A stretch of 64,000 nucleotides of DNA from Callorhinchus milii (Eukaryota): contig NW_024704743.1 of the NCBI RefSeq assembly GCF_018977255.1, forward strand, positions 108,316,001 to 108,380,000. Reading direction: 5' to 3'. Shown here one piece after another: positions 24,573-37,263 of this stretch. Position 1 is the stretch's first letter. The number at the start of each line of letters is the position of its first letter. The notes below the pieces were generated by a model that saw nothing but the letters and a program-made list of their open reading frames with translations, ran no database searches and had not been told where the DNA came from. The position numbers and the translations under genes were made by a program.

Positions 24573-24845
24573 AATAATAATAATCCTTGCATTTGATACA
24601 GTGTTTTATGGGTGAAATGAGGCAGCCAGTTGCGCACAGCAGTGTCCCACAAACAGTCATGGATTAAGTGATCAAATTATTATTATTATTTTGATGGGAT
24701 TAATATCCCCGGAAAAGCAATCCGCCAATCGACCAACAACCAGGTTCCTCCTTACTCCTAGGTAAATCAAGGCATGTGGAATAAGGAAGCATGCCCAATG
24801 TTTCGCCCTGTCTGGGAATCAAACTCAGGTCCTCTCGCTTGCTTC
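24573..24845 (-). mobile_element. SINE, long type, about 310 nt downstream of the TTPA stop
   Basis: Family tail, middle and partial head. Confidence 0.85.
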
Positions 24846-25156
24846 AATTCTAACAGTTATAAATATTGAAAATTATTGACAAATATGTTGAAAGACAAAA
24901 AAAATTCCGACCTATATTCTTAAAATAATTCTTTAATACAAATCAGTACATTACATTAATAAAGCTCTATGTTCACTGTATCATTCTCTTTAAACAAGGA
25001 ATATCTACATATGTAACAAATATGTATAAGTAGGCACCTGCTGGTTTGATAGTACATACAATCATTTTTTCAAACAACTTAACTAGCTTGTCAAAATGTA
25101 ACTAAACAAGTTTAGTATTTTTTCTTCCCAAAACAAGCACTTTGCACCACAAAGTC

Positions 25157-25330
25157 TTAAGTAACTAGTGAAAGCTTAAGAAGATCCTTCTCAGACTTCT
25201 GCACAAATGTGGTCCACTCCTGACACAGTTCGTTATACTCAGATCCTTGACCACCATAATCAGGGGGAAGAATCTGCATTGGGAAGTGCTGATGAAGGCT
25301 GCGTTGGTAATCGCTTCCATGCAGGTAGAT
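25157..25330 (-). CDS. TTPA: TTPA coding exon 5 (IYLHGSDYQRSLHQHFPMQILPPDYGGQG...LLKLSLVT*)
   Basis: HG...LP-DYGG motif; tttcag acceptor, TAA stop at 25159-25157. Confidence 0.96.
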   Translation of the reverse strand: MYLHGSDYQRSLHQHFPMQILPPDYGGQGSEYNELCQEWTTFVQKSEKDLLKLSLVT

Positions 25331-25504
25331 CTGAAACATGTTAGAAAATCTAAATTTACTTTCAGCAAATTCTGCAGAAATGAAATAGATTTCGCCCAAT
25401 TTTAAAATATATCTCTTTCCCATCAACGGCAATTTTCCATGTTAGCAATCATTTGAGTTTCTTCTTAAAATGTTACCGTTGCTGCTAAAATAATCAGACT
25501 GGAC

Positions 25505-27214
25505 CAGGAGTGGGCAAAATACTGCTTGAAGGAAAATTTATAAAGGAATGTATGGTTGATTCTGCCTCGATTTTATGCCCAGATAAGAAAAAACAGTTCG
25601 AGAACATTAGCTTGTCAAGACGAACGTGTCGAGGATATCTCTGAGAACCTGTATCTGCAGTTACAAAATAAAGTAAGCAATTTTGCATGTTTTTCACTGG
25701 CACTCGATGAGAATTGTGATGTCAAAGACACAGCCCAGTTGATAATTTTTATTCGAGGTATTCACCAAACATTTTGAGCTCACAGAAGAATTGGCGTCAA
25801 TGAAAGATATAACAACTGGGGAAGACTTTTTGGAGGCAGTAAATAAGTGTATCTTAAAATTAGGAATGGAGTGGAAAAAATTGGTGAATGTGTCCACCAA
25901 TGGAAGCCCAAATCTGACAGGCAAAAATGTTGGGTTACTGAAAAGAATTCAAGATCAAGTCAAAGAAACAAATCCAGAACAAAATATTGTTTTTCTACAC
26001 TGCATTACCACCAAGAGGTCCTCTGTAAGAGTGTTCTAACACTAAGTAATGTCGTGGACACAGTTAAGAAAGTGATCAACTATATTCGAGCAAGAGGATT
26101 AAACCACAGGCAATTTGTAACTCTGCTTGAGGAATTGGAATCCAAGCACACGGATGTTCTGTATTACACAAATGTAAGATGGCTTAGTTTAGGAAAGGTC
26201 TTGAAAAGAGTATGGGATCGGAGAACAGAGATTGATTTATTTTTGGACATGAAACAAAAAGATTTGTATTTCCCACAGCTGAATGATGCGAATTGGCTCT
26301 CTGATTTCGCATTTGCTACTGATATCACGGGCCACATGAATGAACTGAATTCAAAACTGCAATGGAAGGGGGCCTTTGTTCACGATTTGTATTGCATTGT
26401 CAAGTGGTTTATGATGAAATTATTTTTTATATCACATCAGATAGGAAATAGGCAGTTTGTCCACTTTCCAAATTTGCAGCAGATTATTGTTTGCGATCAA
26501 AGCCTTAAAAAGTATACTTCGTCACTACTTGACTTACATGCTGAATTTTCTCGCAGATTCCAGGATTTCAATCTGTTCGAAAATGACCTGTCTTTGGTCT
26601 CTTCACCTTTCTCATTTGATGTTGACAAAGCCCCATTTGACCTCCAAATCAAGTTTATTGACCTGCAATGTGATTCATTGCTTGGGGAGCAATTCAAATG
26701 AGTGCCGCTTCCCAGTTTTTACCTCTCCCGTAATGAATATACCTTTCCAAAAATAAAGGCTCATGCCCGGAGGATGCTTATGCTGTTTGGATCAACATAT
26801 ACATGCGAGGAGACATTTTCTGTGATGAAATTCAATAAATTAAAACATAGATCTCTGAGGACTGATGACCACCTTGCAGCAGTACTCCGCAGTGGAACAA
26901 CGGAGACGATGCCTGACTTCAATTGTATAACACACATCAGCGCTTTCATTCTTCCCATTGAGTGAGCTTCTCACATTCTCATCAATATGTGAATAAATTA
27001 ATAAATATTGAATAAATGTCTGCTCAATGAGTTGTTTTTATTTAACCCAATTTTAATGAATGTCAATTATATAGACTTTATTTTATGCATGTACAAGTGT
27101 AAGACTTGATTTTGAGCTATTATTAAGCATTTGCATCTATATTAAGTGTGTGGCCTGCGAAGCTTACCAAAACTCGTCAAGTGGCCCGCCAGCCAAAATA
27201 ATTTCCCATCCCTG
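25505..27214 (+). mobile_element. hAT DNA transposon (Charlie/Buster, GTF2IRD2-like transposase), internally deleted and frameshifted, in TTPA intron 4
   Basis: Imperfect TIRs caggagtgggcaaa / tttcccatccctg; 8-bp TSD gactggac (25497) / gtctagac (27215); transposase motifs SLALDE, HCI-HQE, RWLS, FGSTYTCEETFS spread over several frames. Confidence 0.93.
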
Positions 27215-28484
27215 GTCTAGACTATGTATTCCAAGGAATGAAATATGTTTGCTTTTAACCACCTAGTGTTTGCATCAGATGCTCCCATTGTAGCTAAAGC
27301 TTACCAATACAGTTCAGAGCTCCCTCTAGAGTGCCTAACACTAAACCACAATAGTATGATATTTGCAACCCCAATTATTCTCATGATTTCACTGAGGCCT
27401 GATTTGCTCAGGGAATACTGGCCTTCAACATGTTTCCTGCCCTAACTGTTGACCAGTGGACTTTCAGCCATTCCAACCCTGCTCTCTGGAACTTCAACCC
27501 GAAGTCCCTCTTACTTGCTCCCTCCTTCCCCTTCAAGGCAGATCTCAAAATATGCCTCTTTGTGCTTTTGGTGATCTTTGCCCCTCCCCACCCTCCTCAG
27601 CTCCCAACCCTGTCTAGTGCTTTGAGAAGTCCTCCTGACATGAAAGACACTACATAAATGGGTTTTGTATTATATACCGCTGGAAGAGTGAGTTATTATT
27701 TCCATCAGTAAAATAATCTCATCTGAAAGGTACACCTCAAAAAATGCAGCGCTCCCCAGCACTGCAGAAGTGCCATCTTAGACTATGAGCTCAAAGATGT
27801 AATGTGAAGGTTGAACCAAGAACTGAAGAGCCAGTTGCAAGCTTCACAGTTTTAAGTGATATTTCAGTACAATTCAAATTGCTTTAAATATGCAACAAGA
27901 AAGTTCAGTGTGTTTTAAAGGAGCAGCAGATTTAATACTTCCTTCCTGATGTATTTCCTCTCCTGTCTTCGAGAGATGAGAGAAATAGTAATGATTTTAT
28001 CACGCTTGTTAATATCCAATGCACTGCAAAGGGACCAGAGTGACGTTGTTAAAGTAACAGATGCATTCATAGTCTGAGGTTTGCCCAGACTACCCAGGCT
28101 TAAAATGTCAATGCTGGAGACACGAGCAGGACCCCAGTTCAAGAGGATTTAAAAGGACAATGATTTGAATCAACAACAACAAGTGGCACTTGTATAGCAC
28201 CCTCCACACAGGGTAGAGTCTCAGAGTGCTTAACAGTGGTGGAGCCTAACTCCGAGCCGGGTGGGGTACAGGAGTGTGACAGTAAGCACAGTTGAAAAGT
28301 AAAATCAGCAGATTGTTGGCAACAGAATTACACGACTAGTGATTCCTTCCAATGCCAACCGTGACATTGATTGTTATTCAGCTCCTGTTAAACACACGTA
28401 TTAGTGGAGAGTGCATTCCTGTTTTAAGTACAGAAAGAGCATTATTTCCAAAGCAAATAAAGGGAAATGTAAGGGGTTACTCAC

Positions 28485-28595
28485 CCGATCCTTGATCTTT
28501 TCAGGCAGAAATTGTTTAATTATGGCAATGACTGAATAGAATATGAAAGGCACGTTAATTACATGGATAGCTCGGACCTTCAGAGGAAAAGAGTC
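28485..28595 (-). CDS. TTPA: TTPA coding exon 4 ([37 protein letters not shown])
   Basis: 111-nt exon not in the ORF track; ttcttag acceptor, CGG|GTGAGT donor; basic residues of the phosphoinositide-binding patch retained. Confidence 0.97.
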
Positions 28596-31028
28596 CTAAG
28601 AATGAAAAGAAAGATTCCTCATCATATTTGCAGTCAGGTACAAATTAATGAAATGCAGTCTTTTTGATTTCAACATTCATTTGTATACAATCAGAACATA
28701 AAAAAACGATATGTTCTACAGCAGTAAATTCAGGTTGAGAAGTAGGACTACCTTGGATGAATTTTAACACTTCAAATGATAGAAATTCCCCCTGGCTCTA
28801 GATTTACTTAGTGACATATTTCAGAGGCCCCAGAATATGATGAATTATTGAATTCAGTCTTAACTTTGAAGTCATCTTTCTGTAAGTTCTTTTGAAAACT
28901 TAGGAAATAATATATTGGGATACAATATATAGCTTGGGACATAATATGCAATTGCCAGGATGATGGAAGGTAAACTGGATGGACCTTGGTCTTCTTTATC
29001 CTAGCAAATTCTTATGCTCTTATGAAAACCAGCTTCAAAATTAAGACTGAATTTAACAATTCCACCTACATCCAAGTGGAATTTCTCCCTATGAATACCA
29101 TCCCCAAACCACTGTTGATTATTTACCACAGCAGACATTTTTGCAGTTTCTTAAATCAGTTGAGTATTTGGAATAAGTTTAACATTATTTTTATGAGAGC
29201 TTGTTGGTTACTAATGGAGGTTAGTTAGGACTGTTTATCCCCAGATAAAATTGGTCATTCACTTCATGCCTGTTTGTGGAAAATTGCTGCCATATTCACT
29301 TACAAAAAAGTCGCTACACTTCACAGTAGATCCTGTTTTGAGATAACCTCTTGGTGTTAAAATCACCCTATCAGATCTAAGGATATTATTTATCTCTGTG
29401 GGTCAAGGGCACTCAGTTCAAGATAGGAATAATTTATGAAATAGCTTGATGCTGTGAAAGAAAGATGGTAGGGTTGGTATTCTGGAAGGCTGAAATGAAA
29501 TGGGTCAAAGGGCCTTTTCCATCTGTCCCTCCATTACTATCTGATGGAAACTGCTATTCATTCTATAGAATCATGAGCTTGCCAATGTTCATGAGGAGCT
29601 GGATATATGATACTATATATGTAACATTTACGTCAGCTGATTAAGCACTGCATTTAGCAAAAACCACACCATTTAGGAAAGGATATGATCATGCAACGCT
29701 GTTCTTCTCACTCATTTAATTTCACAATTTTTTTTGTTTTATGCAAGTGTATCAAATGCACAGCTTTTCATGTCAGTTTCTCGTGACTGGGAATGACAGC
29801 ATTTCACTTTGCTCTTAATGTATGATACTTTTGCCAATTATCTCCTCTATTATCGTCTCCTGAAAATGCTGATTTTTGTTGGGATTCATTTCCATAGGCA
29901 CTAAGCGACACTTCATCATTCTTCATGTGTGAGCGTCCGCAATGTATTCGATCAAAGAGTGAATCACAATCAAGCCCGATCCTGTCCTCTCCTGAATACC
30001 ATCCATACCGGGTGGCAAGTGGGAGCAAGAGCGCTAACTAATGGGCAGTGAGGCAAATTGTAACATTCAATACCTTGGCTGAGACCAAATAACTCATACG
30101 AAATTGAACCTGAGATCTTCTGGTCTGTATGACTCCAGTACGCTACCCCACATGAAGGGGTAGCTATATAAATGCAAGTTGTTGTTGTACCATCAGATAT
30201 CTGATGTATGCTCTAAATGTATGATCTGCTAACCCAATGAGCTGCTTGTTAACAGGAGTCTCAGATAAGCACAAGATTAATATTTATGCTTATAATTCTC
30301 CAGTAAAAAATACTTGTTTAAAATTGAGCTGCTGTTCTGAAAGCGTGTGAGCAGATACCACCAAGTGACAGTGTTCATTTGGTCCCCTGGGAAAGCAGAG
30401 CATTGTGCACACATAATGCATGATTGCTGAAGTCTAAATATATGTGAGAATTCTAATATTAGAGAAGAGCTGGTTGGAACCCTTGTTCTTTAACCAACAT
30501 TAAAACCTTAAACAGGTGATGCAACAGATTATCCAGCATTTTTAAGACTTCATAATTTAACTTAATATGTTGACTTTGCACTTTTTGAGCTCTTCGCTCT
30601 GAGGTTATCTGCCTAGCCATGCTATAGCACTATGAGGCAATAGCTCACTAATGTGTTGCATACATGACACTGTATTGGCCCACAAAATACACAGTCAATT
30701 TATTTTACAGTATATCCTGTGAAGTGCTTTGAGACGTCTCAACGACGTGATATTATGCTATATTAAATGCAAGGATTATTATTATACGTGGCATCTGCTT
30801 TGGGATTAAACATAAAATTTAGCCATAACTAAGCATTTGAGGAGCTCTTAGGATTATCTCCTGGGGTTGAATTTATGCCAATCTCAGAAGTGGATCTGAT
30901 CTCCTGCTCTTTGTATTATTTATTTACCTCTAGGACTCTTTCAATTTCCCTCTTAGCAAATTCTATCCCATCCACCCACCTTTTATTTATACTTCACACA
31001 AGCTTTACTGGTAAAGGGAAAAACGCAC

Positions 31029-31222
31029 CACTAAAATTGAGGCAATTCTTTTGGCAATGGTGGTGTTGATCTGCAGGGCATGAGCAAATCGCCATCCGTG
31101 AAGATCAAAGATAACCTTCACACCATTCAGCTGGGTCTGGAGCTCCTTCACGATCAGCTCTGATGTAATGAGACTGACCCGAAACACTTCGTATGTTGAA
31201 TATAACTTGGGGTCCCAATGTC
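31029..31222 (-). CDS. TTPA: TTPA coding exon 3 ([25 protein letters not shown]...[10 protein letters not shown])
   Basis: WDPK...[13 protein letters not shown] motif; ttcacag acceptor, GTG|GTGCGT donor keeps the phase with exon 4. Confidence 0.96.
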
Positions 31223-31426
31223 CTGTGAAAAGAAACACTCATGTCAGTGATAAAATACCACTGAAGGTCAGCAGCCCCTAACCCCAGATAACACTTAAAG
31301 CAAAGGCACAACAATTTGGTGCTTTCCAATTCCAAGTTATGGTCATTTCAGTAATACTTTGTAACAGCAGCTGGGAAAGAAACAACTTTATTGTGGATTT
31401 ATTCCACAAGTCAAATCAAATACCTT

Positions 31427-31812
31427 TGATTGAGGTATTTAAAATGATAAAAGGATTCATTAGGGTTGATACAGAGAAGCTATTTCCTCTGGTGGGGGAA
31501 TCCAAAACAAGGGGCATAGTCTTAAAATTAGAACCAAGCCATTTAAGAGTGAAATCAGGAAGCATTTTTTCACTCAAAGGTTGATAGAAATTGGAATTCT
31601 CTCCCCCAAAAGGCCATGGATGCTGGATCCATCCACACCTTCAAGAGTGAAGTTGATAGATTTTTGGTAGGTCAGGGTATTAAGGGATATGGGGAGAAAG
31701 CGGGAAATTGGAATTGAAAGGATTAATTGAGGTACAGATCAGCCATGATTTAATTAAATGGAGGAATAGCTCGAAGGGCTGAATGGTCTACTCTTGTCCT
31801 ATGTTCTTATGG
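31427..31812 (+). mobile_element. CR1 3' end
   Basis: IEVFKMIKGF-RVD-EKLFPLVGESKTRG and a 3' UTR ending gggctgaatggtctactcttgtcctatgttcttatg. Confidence 0.85.
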
Positions 31813-32289
31813 AACTGTTTTCATTTCCAGTGGGCGGTACTTAAAAAAGCAAGTCTGTGACAGCAACCATTAATAAAGCACTTCCATCTAAAACTCATAG
31901 TTAACCTGAACACAACTTGGTTCCAACTGGCAGGTGTCACCATTGAGAGTCAGCTGCACACACACCTGGGTACACGTGATCGGTACATATCAAATATCTG
32001 CTATTTGGCATATCAAGTTGCTCCTAACACAAACCATGCAAAATCTATCCTAACGTGGACTCGACTCCACCCACTTTATCATCCAACACAGTGGATCTGA
32101 TTTTCTTCCGTTTCTCTTAATTATTTGCCTCCAGGACTCTTTCAAGTTCCCCCTTGGCAAATTCTATCCCATCCACCCACCTCTTATTTATACTTTGTAC
32201 TTCATTTATACTTCACTGTATGTCCTGGAGGTTTTTGCCAAAGAAGACACTAAAAAAATCTGCTAACATTGCTTCAGCTCCAAGACTTT

Positions 32290-33900
32290 GGAATAAGGTT
32301 CTAGATAGACTCAAGGGGCTGTAAACCAACAAATTCTCTGGCATACATGATACTTAGGGAGACAAGGCAGGAGATTTGTGTTGCATTGACAGAAATTATA
32401 AGGGAATCAATTGCCACTGTTGAGGTTCCAACATACTGGAAGTAAGCAAATATTGTTCTATTATTCAAGAAAAGTAACAGATCCATACCATGTAACTACA
32501 GATCCATTAGCCTGATCTCAATATGTGGACTGCTGATGGAGTCAATCATCTAGAAAATTACTAGTGTAAGAATAAACTGATAAACTAATGCAATCCATCT
32601 TGGTCCAGATGGATTGGATCTGTGTACATTAAAAGAATCTAGGGAAGAGAGAGCACTATCACATGTATATAATAATTCATTAGAAAAGGGAGCAGTGCCA
32701 GAGGACTGGAGGATAGCTAATGTTACCTAAACACTATATTTAAAAAGGGAGATAGAACAACCCCAGGGAACTATAGACCTGTCAGCTTAACATCGGTGGT
32801 ATGAAAAATGATGGAATCCTTACTGAAAGAGGTAATAATAATCCTAATAATCCTTGCATTTGATATAGCGCTTTTCACGTCAGGAGGACGTCCCAAAGCG
32901 CTTCACAGAACACACTGTAAAGTGAATTAACTGTATATTTGTGGGCGAACGCGGCAGCCAATTGCGCACAGCAATGTCCCACAAACAGTCGTGGATTAAA
33001 AATGACCAATTTATTATTGTTTTGTTTTTTTGGAGGGATTATTATTTGGCATGTGGAGTAAGGAAACTTGCCCAAGGTTTCGCCCTGCCTGGAATTGAAC
33101 TCAGGTCTCTCACTTGCAAAGCGAGTGCTCTAACCACTGAGCTACAGGACTCCACAAATAGAAAAACATCTAGAAACTGAAAATATAATAAAGAATAATC
33201 AGTACGGATTTCAAAAAGGAAAATGGTGCTTGATCAATCACATTGAATTCTTTGAAGGGATAACATAAAGAGTAGACAAGATAGTGCATAGATGTAATAT
33301 ATTTGGATTTCCAAAAGGCGTCCGATAAGGTACTGCATAATAGATTAATGAATAAGGTCAAAGCATGTGGAGTCAGGGGAAAAGTAGCAGAATGGATAGC
33401 AAGCTGGCTACAAGACAGAAAACAGAGAGTAGGGGTAAAGGGTACCTTCTCAGACTGGCAGAGGTTGGGAAGTGGTGTTCCATGAAGATCGATATTGGGA
33501 CCACGGTTGTTCATAATTTACATTAAAGATTTGGACTCGGGGATCAAAAGTACTATTTCAAAATTTGCGGACAACACCAAATTGGGGGCTGTGGTTAATA
33601 CTGAGGAGGGCTGCAACAAGACAATAATAAACTTGCTGAATCGGCATTTAATTGGCAAATTAATTCCAATATAAATAAGTGTAAGATGGTACATTTTGGT
33701 AAGAGGAATAAGGAGGTCACATACTGCCTGGAAAATAAGAATCTAAATGGGGTAGAGGAGCAAAGGGATAAAGGGGAAGCTAGATAAGTACATGAAGGAG
33801 AAAGAAATGGAAGGTTATGCTGATAGGCTTAATTGAGGAAGGGCAGGAGAAGGCTCATGTGGACCTGTTTCTGTGCTGTGTATTCTAGGTAATTCTATGA
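32290..33900 (+). mobile_element. CR1-clade LINE ORF2 remnants (two overlapping pieces), interrupted by a SINE at 32833-33155
   Basis: PEDWRIANV, GNYRPVSLTSV, DFQKA-DKV-H-RL, KQRV, SGVP and KFADNTK motifs with stops and frameshifts. Confidence 0.9.
32833..33155 (-). mobile_element. Young SINE, short type, inserted in CR1 ORF2
   Basis: The CR1 frame LLKEV-I|EKHLE is split, with aata on both sides. Confidence 0.92.
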
Positions 33901-33984
33901 TAGCCAGCAAAAGTTCAGAAGGGGTAGATCTTGTCCCCTCCTATAGGAGAAGGGGACATCTTAAATTGGCTGTGGGAAGCTGTA

Positions 33985-34760
33985 TGATTCAGTGTATCTA
34001 GACTTCCAAACAGTGTTTGAGAAAGTGCCACGTGAGAAACTCTTTCACAAACTGATGTCACTGGGTATCAAGAGTAAGGAATGGACATGGATTTGAAATT
34101 AGCTGAAGGGAAGGAAGCAGAGGATAACTGTTAGGGAAATAAAACTATTTGCATTTATATAGTGCCGTTCACATGGGGTAGTGTTCCAGAGTGCTTCACA
34201 GGGGTGGAGAAACTAGGTCAAATAGGGAAGGTATTAAGTAGAGTGCCTATGAGTCTGTACTGAAATCCCTCCTGTTTTTGCAGACTGAGTGCAAGATAAA
34301 TTTGCAGCTGATTTGGGGAGAGCTATGGAATTAGAAGAGACAGCAAAGGCCTGACGTAAAGAGCTTGACAGGCTATTCACATGGGCTCATGACTGGCAAA
34401 TAAATAAATGGAAGATAAATGGAAGGTACTGCATTTGGTAAGTAAAAGAGGAAGTACCACACACACTCCATGGGTGCAATGGAGTGATATCAAGGAGGAA
34501 GCAGAAAGAAGTCTAGTTGACTCATTGTTCACCATGTCAAAACACTGAGAAGCAGCAAGAAACAAGGAAATAGGATGTTGGACTGTATTTCCAAATCTGT
34601 TGAGGTCAAATCTCCAGACGTCAGAGTTAAGCTGTAAAGTGCTCTTATTGAGAATGTAGAGTCTTTCATATCGTTCTGATTGCCAGGACATAACTAAGTT
34701 GTCCCGGCCCTAAAGTCAGTCAGAGGAGAGCAATGAGGATGATCTCCAATTTTTTGGGGG
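33985..34760 (+). mobile_element. Highly decayed CR1 ORF2 remnant
   Basis: YLDFQ-VFEKVP, WAHDWQ and KVLHL remnants. Confidence 0.65.
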
Positions 34761-35954
34761 TTAACTGGGTGGTTGACACATATATCAAAGTATCAAAGAG
34801 TATCACAGTTTAAATTTAAACGTTGACATCCTAATCTGTGCTAAATTATCTGATTTCAGCAGAGAAAAAGTTTGGGAGCTACAAATTTCCTTGGGGCCCT
34901 TGAATGTGTGTGTGTGTGTGTGGAGGGGGGGGGTGGGGTGGGGAGGGAATGGAGAGAGGAAGTGGGGAGAGAGGACGGAGAGAGGAGCGAGAAAGAGAGG
35001 AGGGGGAAACCAGGGTTTTGGCTCCTGACAGCTGTCGAGAGACCTCTTTTGGAAGGTGGATGGATGTTAGACAAGGCCAAATTTAAGATTGGCTTTGATA
35101 ACCACTCCCCCAGTCCAATTACTATTATTATCTGATTGATTGTACATGAATGTGTTGGAGATGGTCCCCTCACCTGAACTGTACTCAATGGCGATGTCCA
35201 TAAACTGGGTCAGCGACATTTTGCTTCCACCTCATGGATCATAGAATTCATTTGCTGATTAGAGGAATATTGGCCTTTTGAGTTATTTATTTACCAAAAT
35301 GCCTCTATCCCATTAAAATACTGCAATCCGGAAGCCAGCAATGTTGCAGGCCCAGTTTTGCAGATTTTACCTTTGAGAATGGTTTTGAGAAACTGAGTCT
35401 GCTTCGGGCACATCGAATGGGATTACATGTTGAATGTACTGCTAAATTGACCTCACAGCTTGTGGCTCACGTTCTTGCTTGTTATTGATATGGGAGAAAC
35501 TATTGAAGAGCAATATGCTAAGTGAAGCAGAGACACTACACATACCGACAGTGAACAAAATTTACCCAACATTTACAAACAAGTAAAAATCCCAAGGACA
35601 TCAGAATATTAAACAACACAGCACAACAGACCACTAACATGATCCAGACATTACATACAAAATAGAGTTCATAGTCCTGCTAAGATTAATATAGATAATA
35701 CAATATACATGTGTATAGCACCTTTCAATATCGGAAGGATGTCTCAAGGCGCTTGACACTGCTGGTTGGCCATACACACACTACATTGGACTATTTTAGT
35801 ACTGAATTGGAAACATGAAAGTCTTGAACCCATAACCTTCTGACTGAGAGGTGAGAGAGAGCTACCAACTGAGCACGGCAGACATCTGCAGGGCTGACCT
35901 AGGTCCAACGTGAGATGTTTAACCTAGATATATCAAAATCAAATATATCGGTCT

Positions 35955-37263
35955 GCCGAACGCACTTGGCTCAAATCTGGCCTAACGGTCCACTGCCACA
36001 TCTGGCTGGACCTCATCAAGACCCACCGCTCCGCTCTCGCCTCAGCCAAATCATCCTTCTATTCCAGGTTAACCCTGGAGGCGAAGCGCAACCCCAGGCT
36101 CCTGTTCTTCACCACCAACCGGTTCCTCTGCCCTCCCCGACACGCCTCGCAGATACTTTCCTCTGACTCCCACTGCGAGAAAATGCTGGACTTCCTCGAG
36201 TCCAAAATCGAGGGAATCCGCTCAGCTGCCACTGCCCTCCTAAGGTCCACCCCTTCCCTACTCGCATCCCGCACAAATTACCCATCTGACAATTACACAT
36301 CCCTCCTCCCACACCTTTGAACCTGTCATCCCCTCCTCTGTCTTCACCACCGTAACCTTCATGAAGCCCACCACCTGCTCCCTGGACCCCATCCCAACCC
36401 CTCTCCTTAAATCCCAGCTCCACCTCCTTGCCCCAATACTCGCCGACATCATTAACCTCTCACTGTCATCTGGCATTGTTCCTTCCCCCCTCAAAACAGC
36501 CACTATCACCCCCACCTTGAAGAAACCTTCCCTCAACCCATCACAGCTATCTAGCTACCGGCCCATCTCAAATCTCCCTTTCCTATCCGAGGTCCTTGAG
36601 AGAGCCGTTGCCTGCCAGCTTCGCTCTTTCCTCTCCTCTTACTCCCTCCATGAACTCCTCCTTTCGGGTTTACTGTTCTGGTCAAGGTCACAAATGACAT
36701 CCTGACCATGTGTGACCAGGGCTCCCTCTGACTCCTCGCCCTCCTCGACCTCTCCGCCGACTTTGACATCGTGGACCACTCAATCCTCCTCCACCACCTC
36801 TCATCCCACCTCAACCTTCAAGGTTCTGTCCTTGACTGGTTCAGGTCCTAACTTTCACACCTCCTCCACGTCGTTGTGGCAAATGGCTTCTCCTCCAGCC
36901 CCCGCACCATCTCGTGCAGTGTTCCTCAGGGCTCTGTCCTCGGTCCCCTCCTCTTCACCCTCTTCATGCTCCCCCTTCGTGACATCATCTGCATACATGG
37001 GGTAAATTTCCACATGTATGCGGATGACACCCAACTCCATCTCTCTACCTCCATACTGAACTCCAGTGCTACTAGCGTCCTGATCAACTGCCTGTCCAAC
37101 ATCAAGACCTGGACAAGGGACAACTTTCTCCAACTGAACATCAGCAAGACCGAGGCCCTACACCACCACTCCCCCATGCTCGGGCCGCGACACCTGACTG
37201 TTCAGCGCTTTGGGACGTCCTTCCAACGTGAAAGGCGCTCTATAAATGTAAGTTTGTTGTTGT
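35955..37263 (+). mobile_element. L2-clade LINE ORF2 fragment with internal deletions, TTPA intron 2
   Basis: [31 protein letters not shown] and YADDTQ motifs. RT is joined directly to the 3' UTR at about 37156, followed by the stem-loop and (GTT)n tail. Confidence 0.93.

Noticed and set aside
25847..26701. Domesticated transposase gene (GTF2IRD2/ZBED-like)
   Set aside because: Multiple frameshifts and a stop, a missing N-terminus, an altered catalytic Asp and retained TIRs/TSD indicate a decaying transposon.
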